From Felis catus (lineage: Eukaryota), in assembly GCF_018350175.1 (NCBI RefSeq), contig NC_058383.1:29514001-29578000 (forward strand): a stretch of DNA of 64,000 nucleotides. The letters run 5' to 3'. This document shows positions 37,901 to 49,052 of this stretch, piece by piece. Numbering within the stretch: the first letter of the stretch is position 1; every line of letters begins with the position of its first letter. Under the pieces are notes generated by a model. It was not told the origin of the DNA and made no database searches. It saw only the letters and a list, made by a program, of their open reading frames with translations. Made by a program: the position numbers and the translations under genes.

Positions 37901-39579
37901 CTCTGAAGACCAGAAAGCATATTGATTCTATAGACCCACGGATGCAATTATCACAGAAGCAGAAGATCCTTGTAATAACAATGGAGTCTAAGCTGCCTAG
38001 ACCTTGTTAGGGGCTGCATTCAGTTTCATTTAATGATAGAGCACAACCTATCCCAAAAGATGCATTTGCTCAACCAATTTCCTCCTTTCCTTGGCAACAT
38101 CTTACCCATCATTCTAATCTAGGCTCAAATTCACCCTCTTTCAGGAAGCTTTTGCTGATCTACCTCCCTCCCACCAAGCACAGCGAAGAGATTCTTCCAT
38201 GGAACTCCCACTGTCCTATAATTGTCCCCAGCGGGATGAAAAGGAAGACAGTTTTTGTGTTGGTTTTGAAACTGGATGAGAGGGGAGAGAGTTTGCCTGG
38301 GGGGAGGGAGTTGTGGCAGGCGCATTTGGGGAGTGGTGTGGGAGAGATAAGGAAGATGTACCTAAAAGAGATGGGTAATGCGTGACTTAAGCTTTTCCAG
38401 CTACCCTAAGAAATCTTCAGTAAAAGTAGGTATTACAATCTATAGTGACACGTGGATCAATCTCACAAGGTTGAGAGGGAAAAGGAAATCACATGCTTCA
38501 CAAACAAAACACCCAATATATTAGGAATAAGAGGGGATTTTCTCAACCAGATAAAGGTCATCTATGAAAAACCCAGAGCTGACATCATACATGATGGTGA
38601 AAGACTGAAGATCAGTCTTCAGTCCCCCTAAGATCAGTAACAAGACAAGGATGCCTACTCTTGCCACATCTATTCAATATTACTGGAGATTCTATCCCAG
38701 ACAATTAGGCAAGGAAAAAAAAAAAGGCATCCAGATCGGAATGGGAGAAGTAAAACTATCCTCATTTCCAGATAATGTAATCTTGTACACAGAATATGCT
38801 AACGAGTCCACCCAACTACATTAGAACTTCTAAATAAATTCAGAAGTGTTGCAGAATATGAGATCAATATACAAAAAGTAGCTGTATTTCTTCTACATAT
38901 TGACAATGAGCAAATCAAGAATGAAGTTAAGAAAACAATTTTATTACCACAACATCAAAAAGAATAAATACTGAGGAGTAAGTCTAACCAAAGAAACACA
39001 AGACTTTTGAACTGGAAACTACAAAATTACAGAAGACCCAAATAAATGGAAAGACATCCATGTTCATAGATTGCAAGATTTAATACTGTTAAGATGGCAA
39101 CACTCCTTGAATTGATCTACAGATTCAATGAAATCCATATCAAAATACCAGAAACTTTTTTGCGGAAATTGACAAGCTGATCCTAAACTTCATATGGAAA
39201 TTCAAGGACCTGAAATAGTAAAATAATCTTGAAAAAAAAAAGAACAAAGTTGGAGGACTCACACTTCCTGATATCAAAAGTTACTACAAAGCAGCAGTAA
39301 CAGGAAAGTGTGGAACTGGTACAAGAATAGACACATAGACCAACCAATAGAATAGAATTGAGAATGTAGAAATAAACCCTCACAATTTATGGTCAATTGA
39401 TTTTTGACGAGGGACCCAAGACAATTCGTTCTACAAGTGGTAGTGGGACAAGTGGATAGCCACATTTGAGAGAATGAATGTGGACCCTTTACTCACATCA
39501 TAAGTAAATTAATTCAAAATGGATCAAAGACTAAATTTAAAAGCTAAGCTTATAAAATTCTCAGAAGAAAACAGAGGGG

Positions 39580-40054
39580 TTGAGGCACCTGGGCAGCTCA
39601 GTTGGTTATGTGTCCAACTCTTGATTTTGGCTCAGGTCATGATCTTTTTTTTTTTTTTTTAATTTTTTTTTTCAACGTTTATTTATTTTTGGGACAGAGA
39701 GAGACAGAGCATGAACAGGGGAGGGGCAGAGAGAGAGGGAGACACAGAATCGGAAACAGGCTCTAGGCTCTGAGCCATCAGCCCAGAGCCCGACGCGGGG
39801 CTCGAACTCACGGACCACGAGATCGTGACCTGGCTGAAGTCGGATGCTTAACCGACTGCGCCACCCAGGCGCCCCGGCTCAGGTCATGATCTAATGGTTC
39901 ATGAGATCGAGCCCTGAATTGGGCTTTGCGCTGACAGTGAGGAGCCTGTTTGGGATTCTCTCTCTCTCTCCCCCTCTTCCTCTGCCCCTCCCCAGCTCAT
40001 GCAAGTGTGTGTACTTTCTCTCCCTCAAAAGAAATAAAGACACATTTAAAAAGG
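39580..40054 (+). mobile_element. Older Can-SINE split by a younger SINE
   Basis: Head 39580-39645, remainder from 39876; flanks agaaaaca(g/t)agggg. Confidence 0.9.
39646..39875 (-). mobile_element. Young felid SINE (SINEC_Fc type)
   Basis: Perfect 17-bp TSD ggctcaggtcatgatct (39629-39645, 39876-39892). Confidence 0.97.
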
Positions 40055-40288
40055 AAAAGAAAACATAGGGGTAAAAGTTCACGACCTTGGATTAGGCAAT
40101 AGGGTCTCAGATATAACAACCAAAGCACAAGCAACAACATCAATGAAAAAAAAATGGATAAGTTGGACCTTATCAAAATGAAAAACTAGTGAAGATAATC
40201 CACAGAATGGGAAAAAATCATATATCTGCTAAAGGACTTGTATCTAGAATATACAAAGAACTATTACAACTCAATTATTTTTGTTTAA

Positions 40289-40316
40289 TATTTTTTAATG
40301 TTTATTTATTTATTTT

Positions 40317-40363
<47 letters not shown>

Positions 40364-40528
40364 AAGCAGGGGAGGGACAGAGAGAGAAGGAGACACAGAA
40401 TCTGAAGCAAGCTCTAGGCTCTGAGCTGTCAGCACAGAGCCTGACGTGGGGCTCGAATTCACAGACTGTGGGATCATGACCCGAGCTGAAGTCGGATGCT
40501 TAATCAACTGAGCCACCCAGGTACCCCA
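40289..40528 (-). mobile_element. Can-SINE in L1
   Basis: Reverse SINE with long (GA)n; flanks caa(c/a)tcaatta. Confidence 0.95.
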
Positions 40529-41299
40529 CAAATCAATTATGAAAAGACAAATAACCCAATTAAAAAACAGACAAAGGATCTGGATAGACATTTCTCCAAA
40601 GAAGATAAACAAATGGCCAATAAACACATGAAGAGATGTTGACCATCATTACCTACCAAGGAAATGCGAACCAAAACCACAATGAGATACCACCTCATAC
40701 CCCTGAGGGCGGTCAGAATAAAAAAGATAAGATAATAACAGGTATTGGTGAGGGTTCAGAGAAATAGGAACCCTCACATGTTGTGGTGGAAATGCAAAGT
40801 ATTGCAGCTGCGTTTGAAGACAGTTTGGCAGTTTCTCAAAAAGCTAGGCCTAGAGCTCCCCCATGACTCAGCAATTCCACTCCTAGGTATATAGAAGAGA
40901 AAAAGAACATGTCCACACAAAAACTTCTACATGAATTTTCAGAGCAGCATTATTCATAATAGCTAAAAAGTGGAAACCACCCAAAAGTCTTATGAGCTGA
41001 AATCCGAGTAAGTAAAATGTGGTACAGTAGATACCCCTCATCTGCAGGGATAGGTTCCAAGACCCCCAGCAGATGCCTGAAACTGAGGATAGTCCCGAAG
41101 TCTCTAGATGTTATATAGTTTTTCCTATACATACATACCTATGATAAAGTATACATTTATACTAAATTTATAAATTAGGCCGAGTAAGAGTTTAACAATG
41201 ATAACTAATAATAAACTAGGATAATTATAACAATATACTGTACTAAAAGGTAGGTGAATGTAGTCTCTTTCTCTCTAAATGTCTCTTTTTTGTGTCTCT

Positions 41300-41499
41300 C
41301 TTTTTTTTAAACGTTTACTTATTTTGAGAGAGACAGAGCATGAGCAGGGGAGAGGGCAGAAAGAGAGGGAGAGAGAGAATCCTAAGCAGGCTCCATGCTT
41401 AACGTGGATCCCTACATGGGGCTCAATCCCAAGACTGAGGTCACAACTTGAGCCGACATCAAGTTGGACACTCGACTGACTGAGCCACCCACACGCCCC
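41300..41499 (-). mobile_element. Can-SINE
   Basis: Reverse SINE. Confidence 0.9.
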
Positions 41500-41513
41500 T
41501 GTATCCCTCTCTC

Positions 41514-42040
41514 TTTTTTTTAATTGAAATATAGTTGACACACAACGTCAACTATATGCCTATTAGTTTCAGGCATACAACACACTGATTTGACAACTCT
41601 GTACTTCATGCTGTGTTCACCCCAAGTGTGGGTACCATTCGTCACCATTCAACACCATTATAGTGTCATTGATTATTTTCCTTATGCAGTACCTTTAATC
41701 TCTGTGCCTTGTGCATTCCACCCCGTACCTTCACCCATTTCTCACTCTCCTTCACTTATTTTGCCCATCTAACCCCCCTCCCCTCCCTTCTAGCAACCAC
41801 CAGTTTGTTCTCTGTATTTATGCATGTATGTTTTTGCTTTTTGTTTGTTGTTTTTATTTTGTTTTTCAGATTCCACATATAAGGGAAATGATATGGTACA
41901 TGTGTTTCTCTGTCTGACTTATCTCACTTTGCATAATGCCCTCTAGGTCCATCCACGGTGTCCCCCGTGGCAAGACTTCATTCTTTTTTATGGCTGAGAA
42001 GTATGCCATCATATCTATATACACACCACAACTTCTGTAT
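41514..42040 (-). mobile_element. Carnivore L1 3' end
   Basis: atagttgacacacaa...ttagtttcagg, agattccacatataag, ctgtctgacttat, ttctttttatggctga. Confidence 0.85.
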
Positions 42041-42562
42041 CTCAAAGTATCTGATTGATTGTCCTGCACTCACCCTTCTTCTTATGATGACGGGAGATGA
42101 GAAAATGCCTGCGTAATGAGATGAAGTGAGTCGGGTGAGTGACGGAGGCCCTGTGACATAGCGCGATGCTACCAATGACCTCCTGATGAGACTTCGGAAG
42201 GAGGGTCATCTGCTTCAGGACTTCGGTCGACCATGGTCACCGAAACTGCGGAAGGCAAAACCACAGATGAGACGGGGCTACTGCATAACCGTACAATGAA
42301 ATATTATTTGTCAATACGGAGGCAATAATACCACCTACTCCTCATAATTAGTGAAGACTAGATTCACAACCCTCACCTGGTTCCTGGTTTCCCACCTGCT
42401 ACTGGCAAGGCTTTTTGTCTGAGCTCGCTCCCATCCCCCAAACCAGTCTTGCTAGGAGACCCCTGTCCTGTTGAATCCTTCACTCCTTTGCAGGACTCCT
42501 TTGATCGGCCAGCAATCAAAACTCATGGAGTAGAATTGATTTTAAGAGCCCACACTTTCTGT

Positions 42563-43017
42563 GCCCCTGGGTGGTTCAGTCGGTTAAGCATCTGTCTCTT
42601 TTTTTTTTTAACGTTTATTTTTGAGAGAGAGACAGAGTGCGAGGGGGTAGGGGGCAGAGAGAGAGGGAGACCCAGAATTCGAAGCAGGCTCCAGGCTCTG
42701 AGCTGTCAGCACAGAGCCCGACATGGAGCTCGAACTCACAAACCTCGAGGTCATGACCTGAGCCAAAGTCGGCCACTTAACAGACTGAGCCACCTGCGCC
42801 CCCCCCCCCCCCCCCCCCCCCCGCCGCCGACTCTGATCTTGGCTCAGGTCATGACCTCAGGGTTCATGAGAGGTTCGAGAGGTTCGAGGGATGGAGCCCT
42901 GCATTAGGCTCTGTGCTGATACCACGGAGACTGCTTGGGATTCTGTCTCTCCCCATCCCTCTCCCTCTGCCCTTCCCCCACGTCTCAAAATAAATAAAAT
43001 AAACTTAAAAAAAAAAG
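42563..43017 (+). mobile_element. Can-SINE split by an antisense SINE
   Basis: Head 42563-42598, resumes at about 42827 ccgactctgatcttggctcagg. Confidence 0.85.
42598..42800 (-). mobile_element. Can-SINE followed by a C24 tract
   Basis: Reverse SINE; poly-C 42799-42822. Confidence 0.95.
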
Positions 43018-44819
43018 ATCCCATACTTTGTTCCTCTCTTCCTCATGATTTTAAAAAGTTCTGTGAAGAGAGCTCCCTTCACTGCTCTTGAAACCAAGGA
43101 AATGTGTAAGTGAGTTGGCTCCGTCATTCTCCACGGGTCATTTTTGTATTCCCAGCTAATGTTCACCAATTCCTGGAGGCTGGCAGGGCAGGGCAGGGCA
43201 GCCCCAAGGGCAGAGGGAAGAGACTGAAGGTGCGTATATCTGTCTGTAGCTTTCCCCCATACAGCTGGGCGGGTTCGCTCAGCCGTTCTTGGAGACTGGA
43301 AGTTTGGACACCTCGGCCCTGGGCCCTTGGCAGGTGAAATCCAAGGGCACCCCAGCACCCCTGCCAATGGCAGCCCGGCACCTGGGGGAAAACCAGGAGA
43401 CAGAGAGGGTCTGAGTCTGTGCTGGTAGCTGCCCAGGGTGGAAGGGGACTCCGGCTTCATGTAGGGGCTGCTGGGGAATTGCTCCCATGGAGGAAATTCC
43501 AGTCACCGAACAGAACCTGGAAAGTGCGTTCTCCGAGCTTTGGGCTCTCACCTTCAGCCTCCGAGTGTCAGTCCCCCCTGCACGGCTGGCTAGTCCTCTG
43601 TTTCCTCTGGGACATGGCTGGTTTCTTTTAGGGGAGCTGCAGTCCAGAGTCTGTGGCCAATGGAAAGGAAGCAGGGAGGTTGTGCCCCGGCCGGGGAGGG
43701 GAGAGCCTGGTTGCGGTACCTCCAAAGGGTCCAAGCAGGTCAGAGCACAGCCTCTGTTTACTCCATTTCCGATGACCTGCAGTTACCCCAGTGTGATCCC
43801 CTGGGGTCACAACCCAGCCTGGAGTGTGATGTGTCATTCCAGCTTCTCCCATGGTCCTTTGGGATTGCCTGTGGCCACATCTGTCCAGGGACTGACCCTT
43901 AGTAACCCGTGGTCTTTGCGGCCCAGGGTGGGCGTGGACACAATGGCCTGGGTGGCTTTGGGAACTAAGGGAAAAGTGATACTCCATTCCCCCCACTCCC
44001 CAGCATGTGTCTGGGGTCCAGCTGGCCCACTCTCCCACCCACTCAAATAAGGGTCCTCCGGAAGTTAGGGCCGGGGCCGCCATCGAGCCCTTGGGTTTCT
44101 CTGAAGGCCTTTGGGGAGCTGCAACGTGCTGCCCACAGCCACTGCCTTCTTCCTGTTCAGTCTGTCACTGAAGCCATTTGTCCAAAACTCAAATGGGACT
44201 GTGTCATAGGCCTGTTTGGAAACCCTACTTGGCTCCCCTCCAGGGACTGGAGGCCCACAGATGGGGTTTTGCTTGGCCTGCCTTGAGTTTTTTAAAAATC
44301 TCGAAGTTTTGCACGAAAGCTGACTTTCCTAGCTTCTCTTGAGACGTGGAGCCCTGATCCTGTGTGGCCACAGCTGGCTGCAGCTGAGCACAACACCTCT
44401 CCAGGCATGTGTTCCTCGGGGAACGGCTTCCACTCGTTCCCCTGGCCTTAGAGCCAAGCCTCCCTTCCTCCTCGCACGACCAGCTGGCACCCGCCCGCTT
44501 TTGAGTTTCCCACTCTCGTCTCGAGGCCAAGGCTCCCGTAGCACAGCTTGGGGGCAGTAGGTGACCTGACCTCTGTCTGCCTTTCCAGCCTTGTTCCTGC
44601 TCACCCCTCCACTCCCTCCCTCCCTCCCTCACCCCTACCTCTCGGCCCATGGGCCACGCCAGTCTCTGCCCGCTCACCAAACGAGCCGGATGTCGACACG
44701 GGTCCACACCTCGTGCAGTTGCCGGGATCTGCATCTGTATCCTCGGGCAGCAGACGTCTGCAGAGCACCTGCTATGCATGTCTGGGCTACGTACTGGGGA
44801 CGGAAGTATAAGACCCAGG

Positions 44820-45230
44820 GTATGAGTCTGGGTTCTCCACTGAAACAGACCCAATAGAATAGATGATCGATCGATTGATTGATCAGTCGATAGACAGATA
44901 CTAATCATAAGGCAATGGCTCATGTGATTATAGAGGCTGAGAAGTCCGAGATCTGTGGGAGGCAACCTGGAGCCTCAGGAGAGCTGATATTTCTAGTCTG
45001 AGTCTGCAGGGCTGAGTCTCAGGAGCGCCGATGGTGCAAGTTCAAGTCTGAGATTGAAGGCAGAAGACGGATGTCCCAGCTCTAAGACAGGCAGGCAGAG
45101 GGGAAGCATCCTTTCTTATTCAGCCTTTTGTCCCATCTGCTGTACTCAGTCTACCCAGGCACAAGTTAATCACATCCAGAAACACCCTCACAGACTCCCC
45201 AGGTCCAACGCTGAACCAAATATCTGCGGG
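44820..45230 (-). mobile_element. ERVL solo LTR (MLT2-like)
   Basis: gggttctcc...gaaacaga...ggctcatgtgattatagaggctgagaagtcc...ccagaaacaccctcacaga. Confidence 0.85.
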
Positions 45231-45549
45231 CTCTGAGGCCTTCTCCCGAAGCCTGCAGCTTAGCGAGGCACGCAGAGGGGCAGGAAAATAATTCCAAAAC
45301 TGAGGGGTGAGAGCTGGAGGGATTCTCACTTCCACTTCCAGCTTCACCTCGAATAGTGCCTCCTACGAGTCTTTTCTCGTCTCCCCACACAATCAGTGAC
45401 TTTCTCTTGGGGGCCCCCAGAGAACACACCTCTTGGGAGAGATTGTCTCTCTCTTCTCAGTGAAACGTTCTAAGTCTGCAAAAGGATACAGAAGTAATGG
45501 AGCAAAGTCCCATGGACCCACACCCGTCCTTAAAAGATAAAGCATCACA

Positions 45550-45740
45550 GGGGCGCCTGGGTGGCTCAGTCGGTTGAGCGGCAGACTTCCGCCCAGGTGG
45601 TGATCACGGTTCAGGAGTTCCAGCCCTGCAGCGGGGCTCAAACTACATTGGGATCCTCTGTTCCCCTTTCTCTGCCCCTCCCTCTCTCGTGCTCTCTCTC
45701 TCTCAAAAATGAATAAATATTAAAAATAATAATAATAATA
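45550..45740 (+). mobile_element. Can-SINE
   Basis: TSD ataaagcatcacagg. Confidence 0.95.
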
Positions 45741-45962
45741 AAGCATCACAGGCTAGGGCGGCCAAGTTGTCCCCTCCGGGGACCCCCTCAGTCCCTGGCA
45801 AGTCAGGAGGATGGGTCACACCAGTGCAGGCCTCATCACCTCCCACGCCTGCAGGCCTCCTCACCTCCCACGCCTGAGTATAGCACTTCCTTGAAATCGT
45901 CCCCCCCACGCTCCCCAGCAGACGACTGATCGATTTATTAAATCGATCAGTTTTAGGGTTAC

Positions 45963-46199
45963 CATGTGTGTGTCTTTATACTTCGAATCCAGCCCTAAAT
46001 GACATTGGATTGCCTGTGCCGGCGGCCGCAGGCTCCCCCCTCCCCCCCACCCCCACCCCGCATGCACACTGGCGGCCCAGGCTGGGTCCAGAACATTGGA
46101 TGACCTCTCCTGATGGGTGACGGCGATAAGAGCCTGGTGGCAGCACCCAACACTTGCTGCAAATTTGAAGTCAAAAGCTGGAAAAGCAAAGCTGGAAAG
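45963..46199 (-). other. Candidate 5' exon ending in ATG
   Basis: Minus strand ...GACACACACATG|GTAACC; pyrimidine-rich stretch with tandem CAG acceptors at about 46178-46202. Confidence 0.35.
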
Positions 46200-47620
46200 C
46201 TGCGCAAACCCAGACAGGGGAGAGGTGGGGGGTGGGGGGAGAGGCGGGGACTAGGTGGAAGAAGCAGAGAGCGCCCCGGAGAGGCAGTTAGGAGAGCATC
46301 AGAGCGGGGACCCGGGGCTGGGTGGAGAAGGTCAAGGCATGTTGGGCAGGGAAGCGGCAAACTCCCCCCCCCCCCTTTAATGCTCCTGCGACACACTCCA
46401 CAAAATCCACAGCCCTCACTCAGGCGTGGGGGCACAGGCGCGCTTTCAGGGGCCCGACTCTCGGTGCTCCCGGAGGTGCTCCCGTGGCCTCTTGCGGAGC
46501 CTAGCTGCTCCCCGAGGCCTCCTGGTGCTGGCTAAGTGTTCAGTGTTATTTGTGGGGGGAAGATGGGGAGGAGGTTGGAACACAGAGAGGGAGGAAGGAA
46601 AATAGGAAGGGGGGGAGGGAAGGCCGGCCTCAGCTCTGCGATGGGGGTGGGGGTGGGGGTGGGGGTGGGGAGGGGGAGGGGGAGGGGCCAGAGCGGCTCC
46701 GCAAGGTCTTTCCTGCCAGGACGGAAGGGCCTGATCTGCAGAGGGGCTGCGAGGCCCCCGCCACTGGCCTGCTGTGGCCCCAGGAGCCTTCTGGGCTTTG
46801 GGAACCAGGCCGGGAAGCGCACTGCGAGCGAGGGCGTGAGGGGGTGGAGGGTGGAGAGAGCAGACAGGGAGCAGAGGGAAGTGGAGGGGCAGAGGCGTGC
46901 TGCTTAGCAACGGCAGGAGAAGATTTAGGGAAGTGACAGGACCATTTCTCCCCGCGCCTCAAAGGGAGCGTTTTTTTTTCCCCCCAGAGCTGCCTGCCGC
47001 CTACACTGGCGGATCTTGTTGTGGCGGCTCAGAACGCGGATTAGAAGGGGGGGGGGGGAGGCTCCCCGCAAGTCAGGGCCATCGCTGGGGCAGGCTGCCC
47101 CGCCACGTGTGCGGACACCAGGCTCTCAGCAACTCCAAGGGGACCTCTCCTCTGGGCCCTGGAAGGAAGGGAAGGAAGGGAAGGAAGCCAGCCTCGCAGG
47201 AAACACCACCAGCGATGCAACCTCAGCCTCCTCTCTGGAAGGTGCTGGGGATTCTCCCTTCCCTTTCTTCTGTCCCAGGACCCTGCTGGCAGCCCCCCCA
47301 CCCCCCCAGCTTCCTCCCCACTGAGAATTCTCAGTTGCTTTGCTTTCTTAATTTGGTTTTCTCCGGCTCAGAATCGAGATCAAAAGAAGAAATTCTTTGC
47401 AGCCTTTTAGGAATAATTCCCAGAATCGCCCCCTGGAAATGCATACATAATGACCATAATTATTTAAAAAGGAGTCTTTCTCCGTTTCTTTTCCATCTCT
47501 GCGGCAGGCTTGGAGAGGGCAGGCGAGAGGGAAGCGGCTAGGGTGTCTGTGTGGTCGCAGGGTTTAACTGCATGAGCCGTGTTCTCGCAGGCGAAGTGTG
47601 GGACCCACACGCCACCGGCT
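46000..47620 (-). promoter_or_regulatory. GC/CpG-rich promoter-like region
   Basis: Repeat-free, CpG-rich, G-tracts, X-box-like GCTGCTTAGCAAC 46899-46911, Inr-like CGCAGT near 46823 (minus), donor TGA|GTGAGG at 46420. Confidence 0.5.
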
Positions 47621-47900
47621 TCTGGCACGTGACAGGGCTCTAGATGGTGCAGACAACAAATGCAAAAGGCAGTTCGCTAGCGCTAAACACCCGACTGGCC
47701 TGGTGGGAAGTTACTCCCTTTCTAATTGGTGTTACTTGTCTTGAGTCCATCAAGTCTCAAGCTGGGGCTGGGTCTGTCCTTAACATTCCCGGAAACTTGC
47801 TAACCTTCCTTCTGACCGGGGCAAACGGCAATCCCCAGGCTGAGAACAAGTAAGAGCGACTACCTGCAATTTACTAGGGCTGTTTTTCATTGTGATTATT

Positions 47901-47933
47901 TAAAAAAATTTTGTTTAAGGTTTATTTATTTTT

Positions 47934-47965
<32 letters not shown>

Positions 47966-48132
47966 TCGAACGGAGCAGGGGCAGAGAGAGAGGGAGACAC
48001 AGAATCCGAAGCAGGCTTCAGGCTCTGAGCGGTCAGCACAGGTCCCGATGCTGGGCTCGAACCCACAAACCACCAGACCATGACCTGAGCTGAAGTCTGA
48101 CCCTTAGCAGACTGCGCCACCCAAGGCGCCCC
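47901..48132 (-). mobile_element. Can-SINE
   Basis: TSD cattgtgattattt. Confidence 0.96.
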
Positions 48133-48779
48133 CATTGTGATTATTTTTTTGTGAGCCCTGGGGGCGGTGGGGGAGGGGGACTTTGCACTAAAGGCTGGTT
48201 CCTTTTTACAGGAAAGACAAATAATTAGTAACTAATAAAGTGATTGCTGGACCCTGCCGAATGACAAACGCTTTGGAAAAGTCTCCAGCCTGTCAGCCCC
48301 TCCATCCAGGAGGCCAGCTTTCCCCCTGGCAGGCTGTGGGTCAAGTTGAGGGAAGGATCCCGTTCAAGGTCAGCTGGTCGAGTTGGTCAGCAGCTGGCCC
48401 CCCAAGGAAGCTCAGATGGGAGTTTTTAATTTTTTTTCGGAGCCACTCAGCCTGGCTTGGCACCCACTCGCAGCCCATTCTGTTTCTTGAGATTCGAGAA
48501 GTCAGCTCCTCAAGGTCCACTTGGGGACACACGGCCATAGAGTGTGGGTGGCTGCCATACCTGATTTCCCTCTGGACAACCACCGATCTGTCCTCTTGGA
48601 TCTGGGGTTTGAGCAGAGCAGACCTACCCGGTGGCTTTAGGGCTGGCATGCCATCTGAGCCTGGCTTCCCCTGGGCATCCCATTCTTCTGGCCACAGCGA
48701 TGGATGGGCTCCGGGAAGGGCAGAGAGATGCATGGAGACTCTTGCTGGGAATTCTGGGGCTGGCTGGCTCTTTCCCCCT

Positions 48780-49052
48780 GGCCTTGATCCTGAGAAGATG
48801 AGACTAGAGCCATTTCTGCCACCACGGGGAGGGAGCCAACAACGAGGGAAGGGGGGCGGTGAGAAATGAAGAGAGAGAGAAACCCGATCCTGATGGTATC
48901 AGTTCCATCCCTGGATCCAGCAGTGCCTGAAGCCAGCCTCTACCCTTGGCCGCCTTTAGAGCTCCCCACGGAGCCAACGAATTCCCCTTTCATGTAATCT
49001 AGTAAGGATCAATGCTTCGGTCACTTGCAACCACGAGTCTTAACTGATGCAA
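48780..49052 (+). mobile_element. Old MaLR LTR fragment (MLT1J/K-like)
   Basis: ccctggatccagcagtgcctgaagccag...gtcacttgcaacc...taactgatgca. Confidence 0.65.

Larger units (their letters stand above)
41025..42283 (-). mobile_element. MER44-like (Tigger7-derived) DNA transposon, interrupted
   Basis: Terminal inverted repeats cagtagatacccctcatctg / cagatgagacggggctactg; inserted after TA within L1 aaaatgtggta. Confidence 0.85.
38490..42315 (+). mobile_element. Decayed L1 (L1MB-like) ORF2 RT and C-terminal region, multiply interrupted
   Basis: acaagacaaggatgcctactc (RQGC motif), ccagataatgtaatc (degenerate ADD motif), gatctacagattcaatg, agacatttctccaaagaaga; resumes at 42284 after MER44; many stops and frameshifts. 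Confidence 0.9.

Noticed and set aside
44865..44898. GATC/GATT repeats resembling CUT sites
   Set aside because: Lies in the simple-repeat-prone segment of an MLT2 LTR
45963..46911. Assigning a gene symbol to the minus-strand promoter
   Set aside because: No coding exon in the window lets me recognise the gene; any name would be a guess
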